Positions 35,127-47,861 of a DNA stretch of 47,861 nt are shown here, one piece after another. This DNA comes from Octopus bimaculoides (lineage: Eukaryota): positions 134,704,712-134,752,572 of the forward strand of contig NC_068983.1 of assembly GCF_001194135.2 (NCBI RefSeq), given 5' to 3'. The stretch's first letter is position 1, and the number at the start of each line of letters is the position of its first letter. Under the pieces are notes generated by a model. It did not search any database. It had not been told where the DNA came from and saw only the letters and a program-made list of their open reading frames with translations. A program made the translations under genes and the position numbers.

Positions 35127-35414
35127 CTTACTTTCCTGAATGTAATTTACATAAACTTGAAAAAAACAAACGAGTAAGGTGGAATCCATTCCTTTTCATC
35201 CTATCTGTACACAAGGGAGAATTCGAATTCAGCTGGGGAAGCTACCTAAGCGTACTATCTTTATTTATAACTAATGACACTTGTTTATTGCGGGTTATAA
35301 TTGCTCTGATTTGAGTCAGGTCATAGACACAATATAGCTCCAGAAATTAATAGCATGGTACCCAACTAATTCAATCAACTATGTTTCTATAGATTAGATT
35401 ATCAAACTTTTAAT

Positions 35415-35639
35415 AATACATGCACACATACACACATACACATGTGTGCATACATACTCGCATACATACATACATACATACATACATACATACATACATA
35501 CATACATACATGCATGCATACATACATACATACATACATACATGCATGCATGCATACATACATACATACGTACATACATACATACATACATACATGCATA
35601 CATACATACATACATACATACATACATACATACATACAT
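35415..35639. repeat. (TACA)n microsatellite
   Basis: Directly visible, immediately 5' of the next retrotransposon. Confidence 0.95.
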
Positions 35640-38510
35640 GAGAGGAGAAGCAGTGAACATCACAGAAGCTCCTTCACGAGAAGATAGACTCCTTCTGGAG
35701 GAAAATCTGAAGTGAAGAGATGGAGTTTAACCAAGATTCTCTGTAACTGGAAGAAATCTGAAGAAGTTATTGTCCCTGCATTACACCCAAAACATAGCAT
35801 TGATGGTGATAACTTTGTAACTGTGATACAGAAACTTCAGGATAGAAAAGCACTGGAAAAGACTTGATTGTTGGATATGGTTAAAAGAAGCTAACATACC
35901 AACCATATCTTATCAACTTGTACCAGTAAGCTCTCAATGGGAACGGTAGCATACTACACTGGTTAGCTCTGGCAGAGACAAAGTTGATCCCCAAATGCAG
36001 AACCACCACATGGCAAAAGACTTCTTCCAAGACCATTGTGAAAGCAATGACATCATCACAGCAGAATAAGCAGCTGGGAAGAAAGGAGTCTGGGGATGTG
36101 CCGAACAATTGTTAATCGACAAAACTGTGATGTCAGAGGTAGGGGAGCATAGAAGGAAGCTAGTTTCAATATGGCTAGACTACAAGAAAGCCTTTGATTT
36201 TGTTCCCCACTCATGGATGCTAGAAGCCTATCAACTTGCTATAGTTCCTGTGAGTATAGACAAAGCCATAGTTGACCTGACTTCATCGTGGGCCATCATC
36301 TTGAAATTAATCACAAAGAGTGACTGTATTATCTCAGATGCATATTTCAAGGGGACAACCTCTCTGAGATGTTATTTATACTTTCTGTAAACCCCTTGTT
36401 ATTCATGTTAAGGAAGTCTGAAGGATATCTCACTGATTCACAAGGAAACAGAAATACCAAAATTACACACTGTTTCTTTGTGGATGACTTGAAACTATAT
36501 GCAAAGAATATGCAGGAGATAAAAAAGAGCCTTGACCTGGTTACAACATTCTCAAAGTATACAGGATGGAAATTTGGTCAGGATAAATGTTATATGGTTG
36601 TGAAAAGAGGGGAATCTGTAAACCAGACCAGCACCATCTCCATCAGTGACTTGACTGTTTCCCCTATATCTAATGAGGAATGTTACAGGTATCTAGGGGT
36701 GGATGTAAACATATCTTATAATGGCATCTGTAACAAAGCTTGTGTCACTAAAGAACATTACAGATGAATAAAGAAAATTTGGGCCTCGGAATTCTCTGCA
36801 TTCAATAAAATAGTGACTAACAATGTGTTTGCAGTGCCAGTACTCATACCAACATTTGGCCTGCTTGATTGGACGCTTGATGAGATCCGAGCCATTGATG
36901 TGAAAACCCGGAAAATACTAACAAGCACACATAATTTCCACACAAGCAGTGACATAGACTGCCTCTGCCTACAACGTAAACAGGGCGGCAGAGGCTTAAC
37001 AATGATCCAAAATGCCTTTCAATGTCGTATTATATCCCTTCTGCAACATCTTTTAACCACCAAGTGTCGAAGTGCATCTCTTGATCAAGTTTCCATACAT
37101 GAGGTTGATAACATCTTAAGGCTTGAGAGGCATTTCCTTGAGCAGCATTCCTTGTCTGATATCCTGAAATACATGCCCAAGGAAGTCGCACGACTCTACC
37201 GCAACGCATCATCAGATGAAAGGACAAGCGTATATAAGCAGAAGACTTTGCATGGATATGTTAGAAGAAAGCTGCGAGATTATAGTAACATTGATCACCA
37301 AAGCAGTTTATCTTGTACCAACAACTGGATTACTAATTCCCCCTTTGAAGGGTATGCGTTTGCAATCCAAGAACAGGAAATATCAACCAAATATCTAATG
37401 CACAAAAAGGACAGAGATGCAAGAAAAACAGTAGAATGTGACAACGGATGCAGATTTGTGGAGTTAACACCGAAGATCTCACCCACATCATAAGCAGTAG
37501 TCCAAAAATGTCGTCGGTATTATCTACCGATGAGAATGATGTCATTTCAGGACAATTACCCCCCNNNNNNNNNNNNNNNNNNNNNNNNNNNNNNNNNNNN
37601 NNNNNNNNNNNNNNNNNNNNNNNNNNNNNNNNNNNNNNNNNNNNNNNNNNNNNNNNNNNNNNNNNNNNNNNNNNNNNNNNNNNNNNNNNNNNNNNNNNNN
37701 NNNNNNNNNNNNNNNNNNNNNNNNNNNNNNNNNNNNNNNNNNNNNNNNNNNNNNNNNNNNNNNNNNNNNNNNNNNNNNNNNNNNNNNCCCCGCCCCCCAC
37801 AGGACAATTAACACCCATAGGACAATTCTCCCCGACGACAACTACCCTTAGGATAATTACCCCGCCCCTTGGTTAATTACCTCCTCTCCAATATATTAAG
37901 AAGTTTTAAATCATGTCATGTCCTCAGGAATAATTGTCCTTGGGGGATTATTGTCCATGGGGAGTAAATGTCGTAGACTCGATGTTGTAGCTAGGATATT
38001 ATATAACGAGATCCTTCGAAAGGATAACTCCGAGGACAAAGAAATAAGAACCCACAGTATGGTGGAAGCCACGATAAAAAGGAGTATTGGTGGAATGTCC
38101 AAGTGAAACCCTCAATAAAATGTAAAACACAAGAGACCTGATATAATGATTTAGGATAAAGAAGAGAAACTGTGTACAGCTGTGGAAATCAGCTGCCCAG
38201 TGGATGCTAACATAAAGCTGAAGACCAATCAAAAAGAGAACACCTACGCTGAACTGTTGAAAAATCTGCAGTTACTCTTTCTAGATTACAAGTTCAGATT
38301 TATACCTGTAACTATTGGGTTCCTGAGATATGTAACTCACTGCCTAAATACCAATGTTGAGTAATTAGGCTTCTCAAAACCAGAAAGGAGAAAGCTGATA
38401 CGAAGATTACAGATCCAAGCCATTACTGTAAGTATAGAAATTTGTAAAACTTTCCATAAGTTTATCATTTATGTATATATGAGCATGCCTATATATGCAA
38501 ATACATGCAT
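35640..38510 (+). mobile_element. R4/Dong-like retrotransposon, 5'-truncated, RT + RLE, inactivated
   Basis: WLDYKKAFDFVPHSW, HCFFVDDLKLY, RKQGGRGL, QEQEISTKY, RPDIM..EISCP; frameshifts; followed by long (TACA)n to ~38706. Confidence 0.9.
37543..37980. mobile_element. Foldback-like insertion with AGGACAATT subrepeats
   Basis: Interrupts the LINE; GATGT duplicated at 37538 and 37981; about 6 forward and 3 inverted subrepeats; partly in a gap. Confidence 0.7.
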
Positions 38511-38593
38511 GAGAAGACATACATAAAACAAAACATAAATCTACAGATATACATACATTCATACATACATACATACATAGATACATACAAACA

Positions 38594-38627
<34 letters not shown>

Positions 38628-38677
38628 CATACATACACAGACACATACATACATACATACATACATACATACATACA

Positions 38678-38708
<31 letters not shown>

Positions 38709-38709
38709 G

Positions 38710-38815
38710 ACAATCTTGAGAAGCTGGGGTTTTCAGAAAAAGATATTAACGAGCTAATATTCACATTAGAATTACGATCTGTAAGCAGAACGCTAAAATT
38801 ATGCTTTTCTCATGT
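38710..38815 (+). mobile_element. Short divergent 3' fragment of the same R4-like lineage
   Basis: DNLEKLGFSEKDINELIFTLELRSVSRTLKLC versus NLEKLGFPKPEKRKLIRRLQIQSITGNVKIC. Confidence 0.55.
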
Positions 38816-39459
38816 TGAAAATGTGAATTCGTTTTTGATGTCTATATTCCAACGATCGAGCTTTGTATTTTTGTTAGAAAGCAGCTCCTTTTTCGCAGGA
38901 GACTTCGATTAATAAGAAACAGAAAAGAATATTCATATACGTAATTCAAAAGAATAATGGAAAGGCAAATTGATGTTCAAAGTTGCATTGTCATTGCACG
39001 AATAAATCTTGTAACCAAAAATAAAAACACTGTCTTGGCAAAAAAAAAAAAGTATAGGCCCATTGCATAAACTTTAAACAGGCTTTTATAGCCAATTCCT
39101 CAAAGACTGTTGCGAAGCTAACAGCAGAGTGACTGATAAGGAGGTAGGTGAAAAGAAGTATGTGTAAAGATGTGCCGAAAATATTTGGATAAATAAACAG
39201 TGCAGTCTTAAGTTAAAAAAAAATACCTTTTTATTCTTGACATCTTACGACATCTTATGATAGTATGGCTTCATTACAGAACTTACTGTTCTTAGTAATT
39301 AGAAGTGGAACGATTATCTTCTGTTTAATAAATATATGAAGAGTATAAGGAAACAATTTGACTATACCTCTGTTTATTTTTTGTAGTTGGTCTACTGTCA
39401 TTTTAAAGATAAAATCTAACGGGTCTATGACAGCCTGAGCTTATAATAGCCAGAGATGC

Positions 39460-40880
39460 CAATGTACCCCACAGGTTACTTGTAGACGATCTAAAGATCT
39501 CCTCCAGAAATATTTACAATATTGTGGGACAGTTGTATTTAGTAAGATTATCAGTGAATGTAGGGATGGAATTTGGCCAAAAGTAATTTTCATATTTGAT
39601 AGTTGAACGCGAATAAAACTGCTTCCTTTACTCCAAATTATTACATCAATGGGATCTCTATCTCTTTCCACATAACGAGTACTTTATTAGTATTGAGAAA
39701 AATATATTATGCAAAGTGCGGTGAAAAATGCACCTTGCATACTGACAAATGAATGTTATTCCAGATTTTTTTAAATATCGCAGCCGGAGCTTCCATTTAC
39801 AAGACAGTATTCCACTGTGCATATTACTTCCAATACCGATAATAACTTTTGGAATATTTGATAGGTCTGTAGAGGAAATCTCTTCCATAGAAATTAAAAC
39901 TTTCAAGATTTGCTATCAACAGAAAGCGTCAGCAGAAACAATGATATTGACAAAATCTATTTCAAACGAAGACAGGAGGAAAGAGGCATAGTATCAGTGA
40001 GGCATCCTTTGGGTGTGTTGTATCTGCTAAACAACAGCAGCAAAAGTAATAAATCAGTCCAAGTGATCAGAAACTAAGAGAACTACACTCTACGAGTTGA
40101 TAGTGAACACCCCAAGAAGTACTCACTCTCCGATGATTTTTTTTACTAGCAATTTCAGAATTGATGGGCAAGAGTAGCTCAAAATGTTAATGCGAACATT
40201 GATATGTAGAATAACTTCATTTAGATTAATGACCGTAGCTCTCACATCTAATCTTATACTTTTACCAAACGAAAGCAGAGGATAGTTACAAAAGGCTTAT
40301 TGAACAACATAAACAGATAAGCATTTAAATCACTAAGGGTCTACCGAAACTATCGATTATGTCATATTTCTATGGAAGTTATTATGTCATTAGGATGCTA
40401 CTTTCCAATGTGATATGGTGTTGCTAAAACAATGTACTTTAGTATCCATCCGAACGATTGTTCTTGGATAAATATGAAGACTACCTCTGTTAGAGAATAC
40501 ATACATACTTATCAACTCGAGGGATATTAGTTAAACATTCCTATCAGAATTTCTGCCGAATACAAACGTAACAGGATTAATAAAGTTGTTTGAGATAGAA
40601 AAGAAAAACTACGCAGATGTGAACATTTCAAAATCAATGAGAAAAGGAATATTTACAGGCAACGTAACTTCGAAGCCTACAACTTCTCTAACCAAATTAT
40701 AAATTTACATTAGTATCAAGATTTATTGGTGTACTCGGCTATGTTAGTTAATGTCTAAATGGCAATCTCGAAAAACGAGTTTTCAGGCAAAGGAAGTAAC
40801 TAGTATATATTTTGTAAATACAATCTATAAACAGAAAAGTAGAAGTGTGTAAAACTTTTCAAAAGTTCAACATTTATCAA
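39460..40880 (+). mobile_element. Old degenerate R4-like copy (RT to C-terminus)
   Basis: HRLLVDDLKISS, VGMEFGQK, PIITFGIFD..VEEISSIEIKT, EVCKTFQKF. Confidence 0.7.
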
Positions 40881-41144
40881 TTATCGTTTTTTGTTATCCA
40901 AATTCCAGCGATTGAGTTTTGTTTCTTTGTTAGAAATCGATCACTTCTTCACAGGAAGGATTCAAATAATTTTTATGAAAACATAAATATTTATATTCGT
41001 ACAATGAAACGGTTTGGTTCCCAGGTCAAATTCCCGAACTTGATAAATCGATTACATCGTTCAGTTAGCTTAAGAGAATACATTTCTTTTCGATAAATGA
41101 ACACAACTGGCTACGAAAGAAAGAGAGAGAAAAAAGGACAGAAA

Positions 41145-41230
<86 letters not shown>

Positions 41231-41390
41231 AAAATGAGAACATATTAATGATTTCTTAATCAAAATGTCAGTCTGTTAAGAGAGATATCGGAAGTTTCAT
41301 TCATCCATTAAATAATGTACAAGTTTACGCTTGAAATATTAATGTAAGTACTACAAATAGTATTTTAAATAAAAGCTACATTGTAGCATA

Positions 41391-41439
<49 letters not shown>

Positions 41440-41440
41440 A
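41145..41440. repeat. (GA)n and (TG)n microsatellites
   Basis: Directly visible. Confidence 0.95.
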
Positions 41441-42864
41441 AATATGGTGTTCGTGTTTATGTGTGTTCTAGAATGCACGTGTATGTGTGGGTATGTGTAT
41501 GTGCATATGTGTTTGTGCGTATGTGTGATAAACGGTAGCATCACACTAGTGTGTAATTGAGATAAACAGATTACTCAATACTGAAAGGGGAATGGAATAA
41601 TATTTATTTAAAGAAACTCCGAGTAGTGAGTCATGCACACACACACATACACACACATATTTATATACGTATATGTATATGTGTGAGTGTTTGTGTGTGT
41701 GTATGCATATATGTTTGTCTGTATACGTGTGCATTTATATTTAGCTTTAAATTATTTTTTATATTTATTTTTTTCATAAATTTTCCTCACGTGACAGAGC
41801 TAACGAAGGGGCGAAAACTTTCAGAAGCGATATCATTCATTTATGAAACAAGTTAACTCAGCTATGTGTCGTGAACATTACTGGTTTCTTTTTAATTCCT
41901 TATGCCTAGGAATGAAGACGCCTGTCGGGGTTGTATTAAAAGTATAATTTTTAATACTAGTATGAATTGCTATCATTTCCAACGGCATAGGTTCACCAGA
42001 AATCTTCAACTAAATTAAACTTTTTTGTTTTAATTTCAAAAAAAAAAACGACACAATTTATATAAAGCTTCCAACATATTAATTCTCTTTGGATTCAATC
42101 CTTGAAAGTATTTCTAAAAAAAATAGATAATCTTACTATAAAAGGGTATCAAATATATGGAACGTACGTATTTATTAAATACAAGTTTCAGTTTATTTCT
42201 TTTACAATAACGTAATTTTTGACAGCAAGAGTATGAATGTATATACGTTCATACATTGTTACATGTACATTTTTATATGCTTATATCTCTCCATAGGCAG
42301 ATAACTCTGTGAAAATATGAAACATCCTTATGCCTTTATCTGGATATAAAAATAATAATATACAGTTGCATGCAAGCATTTGTCTAATTTATAAGAAAAG
42401 CTACGCTAGAAACAGATTGGAATAACCCAATAATTATTTTGTAGTAACATAATCTTTTCAAATCCAAGACTTTCATAAATATCCATAATAAAATTTCATA
42501 AAGGAAAGTTACTAACAGCAACACTAGTCCCAATCTCTATCTGACCATCACCGTGTGACAGATCGAACCGCATTATATTAAATATTCTTTTATGAACCAT
42601 AAAATAGTGCAAAACCAAACTTATATACAAAGAATCTTGATTTGTTACAAGTAAGACTTCAACCAACATAAATCATGAATTGAATATGACATTTATTTAC
42701 TCCTTTATTCTCATGCTTGACTGAACTGTATACAATAACACATTTTCATAATCAAACCAGAACAACTGTCTTCACAATACTTTCTTTCACCTAAATCTCA
42801 TTTACATAAATCTACTTACCAAAGAAACAACCTGCCCCAAAATATATAAAATCAGAAAAACAGT

Positions 42865-42898
42865 CTGTTGACGGCAAACAAGCCGAAACTTCGAAGTC
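42865..42898 (+). ncRNA. Degenerate minimal hammerhead-like motif
   Basis: CTGTTGA-C-GGC aaacaa GCC-GAAAC TTCGAA GTC: palindromic stem III; A6 mutated; stem I poor. Confidence 0.3.
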
Positions 42899-43044
42899 AA
42901 GGTCAGCCTTTTGCTTGTGTTTACACACACACACACACANNNNNNNNNNNNNNNNNNNNNNNNNNNNNNNNNNNNNNNNNNNNNNNNNNNNNNNNNNNNN
43001 NNNNNNNNNNNNNNNNNNNNNNNNNNNNNNNNNNNNNNNNNNNN

Positions 43045-43085
<41 letters not shown>

Positions 43086-44449
43086 AAGGCAGATGAATTG
43101 AAGCACATTATGCTGACTAGACATATTACACAAAGCAACAGATAAAACAATCCAGTCAACTAGCAAAGAATGCATCGATAAAGGAAAGTTCACTGGTGTT
43201 CAGTATGCTGCAAATTTAAGTTTACCCAATATAATATGGAAGTATACGCAGGGCGTAAAACAGAAGAATGGATTTTAAGATATATTTGCAAATGTTTCAT
43301 TAAGAGATTTTAATGTGACGTAGCATTATACAAGAAGGCATATATATAGATGTGCAAAATTCATAAGACTATGCGAAATGTTACATTTTATCTCTCAAAT
43401 CTTCCGATTACACTATAATTAAAACAGAGAACATACAGACAAAAGAGAGAAAATACACGCAAAAGTTACTGTCAGGTAAATATACACATTTTCTTTTTAT
43501 GAACGTATTGGAAATTCATTGTTTCTTTTAATATATTTTTAATATATTTTTAATATATTTTTACAACACTTTAATTTAATTTCATTCAAAAAATACCCCG
43601 ATGGGACGAATTATGCTGAAATCTTTATATCTTAATCCTGATCTTCACGGCTAATGCTGAGTTCTTTTGTTTTATCCATTTTCGTTTTGTTTGGTCTTGT
43701 CAGATATTAGCCATGAAGAAGTTTTTGCAAGAAATTTCCTTAGCATAATAATTCATAATCCGTTTTCAGCTTCTTTTTACAGTACGTTTTTAAAAAATAA
43801 CCCAGATTGTTGTTTTAACATTTTCCTCTCAACTGTCCTCAGTTAGTTCTTTTTTTTTTGGTGGAGTGGGGAGGGGACTTCCTTGAAGACAGAAAACAAT
43901 TTTTCTTTGGTCGTATTTGATATGTATTTGTATTAGTTTCATTATTTACTGGATATTTTATATTCCAGTAGTAGATATTTTATAATAACCCTGTTATTGC
44001 AGAAGACCTCTGGCTGCGACATTCGCTGAAAATATATTTGTCTGCTTTTGGATAGGATATTCTAAATGCTGCTATTATTTCTCTGGCAGCCTTGTCATGC
44101 TAATTCAGTTAGTGTCCAGTTGAGAGAATAACTCTATTTTAGTTGTAGAGTACCAAGAAAATTCATACCTATTCTTGTTAAGTGTGTTAGATAGTCATAT
44201 ACTCTTCGCTGGTTGTTCACAATGTTAGGCAGGTTGTCTATAAAGACAATGACCACAGTAAAATTTAATTGAGCTTTCAAATATTTTATTAACCTGCATC
44301 GTTTATATTCACAAGTGTATTTCCAATAAATTAATGGAACAATGTTCAACGAACATAGCAGTTAGAAATCTTCTGTATTACAACTTGCTAGATAATATTA
44401 TGAAAGTGGTGCACAGAATTTAAATTGCTGCATATGCGAGTAATTAATG

Positions 44450-45682
44450 TGCCTTTCTTGATACTTCAACAGCCGCTGAACGGAGGTCTTGGCATGCCGT
44501 GGTTGCTGATGCGCAAACATGCGCTCAGGCTAGGAATCTCAAGCGTTTCCTGGACGGTGAACAGGTCTGGTCGCCGTTCGTCAGACACGATTTTCCGCAG
44601 CTCGTTTCTTTAACAGAGCTGCAATCCTGGATCAAACGTAGACCGAGAAAGGGCGCTTGGCACCTCGAGTGTCACCAAGCTCTCACCGCCCTCAGTCAGG
44701 CGGGCAATGCGATCGGTAGTAGCTNNNNNNNNNNNNNNNNNNNNNNNNNNNNNNNNNNNNNNNNNNNNNNNNNNNNNNNNNNNNNNNNNNNNNNNNNNNN
44801 NNNNNNNNNNNNNNNNNNNNNNNNNNNNNNNNNNNNNNNNNNNNNNNNNNNNNNNNNNNNNNNNNNNNNNNNNNNNNNNNNNNNNNNNNNNNNNNNNNNN
44901 NNNNNNNNNNNNNNNNNNNNNNNNNNNNNNNNNNNNNNNNNNNNNNNNNNNNNNNNNNNNNNNNNNNNNNNNNNNNNNNNNNNNNNNNNNNNNNNNNNNN
45001 NNNNNNNNNNNNNNNNNNNNNNNNNNNNNNNNNNNNNNNNNNNNNNNNNNNNNNNNNNNNNNNNNNNNNNNNNNNNNNNNNNNNNNNNNNNNNNNNNNNN
45101 NNNNNNNNNNNNNNNNNNNNNNNNNNNNNNNNNNNNNNNNNNNNNNNNNNGGAAGACAAGGCAATTTTCCTATGCCTAGTGGCTGTAGCGAAAGAGATGG
45201 TATGGTGGACCCGTTTGAAAGGGTTAAAGTCAGACACTTTCCTCTTTGGCCAAGGCCTCATCAACTTTTCAAGTTTCACTTGAAAAGGAAGATGAGAGTA
45301 GAGAGGGAAGTACTGTCTCATAGCAAATTTGTTGAAAGATGGGTGACTGTTGGAAGAATGGCCAGTATGAACGGACAAATTCTGAGAATACACCTGTAGA
45401 AAAAGGTAATGTAAAAGGACAAAGGGCTCTATACCCCTTTCTTCTTCTTTTTTTTTTGACCAGGCTCCCGTGGCTTTTATGGGTTTTTCCACGTGTAACC
45501 TTTTCCTTTTTGAAGCACCTCCCCCTATTGGGAGTTTTATTTGTTATATCTTTCTCTGTTTTTCCTCTGTTTACACGAACGTTTTTCTACCTTTCGGACA
45601 AAACCCCTTGTAACCTTCGTCCTGTCTTTGTCTTACCATGTTTTTGATTTATATTAGCCCTTGTGGCCAATGAAACTGAATT
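44450..45682 (+). mobile_element. Tx1/L1-clade LINE 3' fragment
   Basis: QPLNGGLGMPWLLMRKHALRL / RNLKRFLDGEQVWSPF resemble post-RT ORF2 of Tx1-like elements; U-rich 3' region; gap inside. Confidence 0.6.
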
Positions 45683-45699
45683 AATTATTATTATTATCA

Positions 45700-45742
<43 letters not shown>

Positions 45743-45743
<1 letters not shown>

Positions 45744-46287
45744 TTATGTTTTGCATTTGTACAAGTTGGATCCAAGTCTCACCCAGAGACCTCAAGAGAC
45801 AACAAGTTAGAAGTTCATGTAGGTGTTATGCCTAGGGTACCATATATTNNNNNNNNNNNNNNNNNNNNNNNNNNNNNNNNNNNNNNNNNNNNNNNNNNNN
45901 NNNNNNNNNNNNNNNNNNNNNNNNNNNNNNNNNNNNNNNNNNNNNNNNNNNNNNNNNNNNNNNNNNNNNNNNNNNNNNNNNNNNNNNNNNNNNNNNNNNN
46001 NNNNNNNNNNNNNNNNNNNNNNNNNNNNNNNNNNNNNNNNNNNNNNNNNNNNNNNNNNNNNNNNNNNNNNNNNNNNNNNNNNNNNNNNNNNNNNNNNNNN
46101 NNNNNNNNNNNNNNNNNNNNNNNNNNNNNNNNNNNNNNNNNNNNNNNNNNNNNNNNNNNNNNNNNNNNNNNNNNATATTTGCTCAGTTTTTGGTAGGTCT
46201 TGACAGATACGTTTATATCGATTGGGACAGTCATATCAATGAGGAGGCATGATTTTTGTCTGAAGTCTTTCAGTATGATGTCTGGCC
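45743..46287 (-). mobile_element. R4/Dong-like RLE fragment flanked by (AAT)n on both sides
   Basis: Minus strand RPDIILKDFRQKSCLLIDMTVPIDINVSVKTYQKLSKY...GTLG; arrays at ~45683-45742 and ~46288-46346. Confidence 0.85.
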
Positions 46288-46346
<59 letters not shown>

Positions 46347-46347
<1 letters not shown>

Positions 46348-47150
46348 ACTGGGTAACATTTTTTAAAAAGGTTTCAGTTGTCTTGCTTTTTACCTGATTT
46401 GATGGTGCTGGGTTCAGAAATACACTCAGACATTTTTTTTTATCACGTCAAGTTGTTTTGTTAAACAGGAATTCATTTCTTTTACTAGAAATGTCAATTT
46501 TGTCATTAAATGCAATACTGAAATAAGAAACTAACAGAAACCAAATAGTACTTTTTATTGTTTAACAAATATAATACACAAATGTTTAATTACGTATCTT
46601 AGAATAGATATTTCTGTCAAACTGGAGTTTCAGATACTCAAGGAATGAACTTTCTCTTTGCTGCTTTATGTGAATAAATTGCATCATGACAGTCTCTTTG
46701 CGGTGACCTGCAGTAGACAGCATCATATTGGTGTTCCACCAGTCTTGTTACTTAGTCTCCATGTTCTCGATGTCTTGGTTGAATCTTTCCCCTTGTTCAT
46801 CACTTATTGCCTTATGATTTTCAAGGAAGTAGTCCAGATGACTGTGCAGGAAATGCACATTTACACTCATGTTGCAGTCCAGTGCTCGAAAACTGCTTCA
46901 AAGGACCTGCATAAGATCTTCATAATTCGATGACTTCTCGTTTTCCAGGAAATCAGATAAAACTGCAGCAAAAATCTTGTGATTCCTTTTCAATGTTTGG
47001 AGACATGGTCTCCAAAAATAGCTCGTCCTGAAATAGCCACCAATTATGTGGCCCATCAAACACACTGATCTTAATTTTCTCACAAGACAAAACTGTAAAC
47101 TTTCTGCTTAAGCATTTCAAGCCGTCACTGTTTCGGTGTTTCAACACATA
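46347..47150 (-). mobile_element. Chapaev3-like DNA transposon, 3' part
   Basis: tta + cactgggtaaca terminus; minus strand CNMSVNVHFLHSHLDYFLENHKAISDEQGERFNQDIENME; family assignment from recalled motif and TIR. Confidence 0.65.
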
Positions 47151-47861
47151 TTTTGCACACTATATGGGGTGCCCAGGCTTTGTCTTGTCACCTTGTTTCA
47201 TTCTAAAAGAATATTTATACCTAAACTTGATCGGTTCGCGTTTTAGACACTGCTGGGTAGTGTGTTTATTTTGTCCACTGGACACCGCCAGTGAGCAAAT
47301 CCCACCTAAATACAAAATAAGGGGGTAGGAGAATCTGCAACACTGTAGCTGGAAGCAGAATAATAATCTAATCCTACACTTTATCACATTCAATAATATA
47401 AACACGTTTTTAAGCACAATACACGCGGAGTCAAAAAGAAACACTACCTTTCACCAGCACACCAGGTTCGGCACTGCGTGAACCACACTGCTCTCTCTCT
47501 CTCTCCCTAGCGTGCAGCTTTCTATCTCGGACATGTGAACATGTACACAATAGCCAGACACTGTGTCACTGGAACCGTGAAGTGCACAGTTCTATACAAG
47601 GAGTTTCGTATTTTTCATAAACTAGGGAATGGCTACTGACATTAAGCTTAAGGATTATATAATGTACAAGTACAAAGAAAGAATTAAAGAAAAAAGGACT
47701 CATCATATTAGATGTTATCGATAATATCGAGTGGAAATAGGGGGTGATGCAGTTCCACAGTGCCTATACACGAGCCGCGACTGCTTATGAGCTTAATCCC
47801 GAATTGGCGACCTTCCATTAACATTAAGAAATTTTATATAAAACGTGTTGTAGAACTATTT

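Noticed and set aside
37543-37980. CRISPR-like repeat array
   Set aside because: Degenerate subrepeats in both orientations without unique spacers, in eukaryotic context, with no cas genes.

Overview
Repeat-saturated animal genomic DNA with many N-gaps and very dense (CA/TG), (TA), (TACA), (GA) and (AAT) microsatellites. The SINE families look like octopus SINEs, so a short-read Octopus-type assembly is inferred (recalled similarity, not a database search). Almost all ORFs in the supplied track are microsatellite or gap translations, or fragments of dead transposons. Recognisable relics: several R4/Dong-like RLE non-LTR retrotransposons, a Tx1-like LINE, a CR1-like LINE, a Penelope-like element (RT + GIY-YIG), mariners (one full length), hAT/Charlie pieces, a Chapaev3-like element, several MITE/foldback elements and two copies of a Helitron-like repeat. 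No intact TE ORF, rRNA, genuine tRNA gene, CRISPR array or prokaryotic system is supported. The best host-gene candidate is an unrecognised plus-strand gene with a promoter-like motif cluster at ~7.2 kb and three phase-1-compatible exons (7307-7358, 8289-8354, 9086-9214) encoding a signal/anchor peptide plus an N-glycosylation-site stem. Other notable structure: a same-strand stack of RLE retrotransposons bounded by microsatellites (33.6-40.9 kb), degenerate Penelope-type hammerhead ribozyme motifs, a TTAGGG-carrying MITE with perfect 30-bp TIRs, and serial SINE insertions sharing one target duplication. Boundaries of old relics are approximate (tens of bp). I do not see firm evidence of a wholly new biological system.
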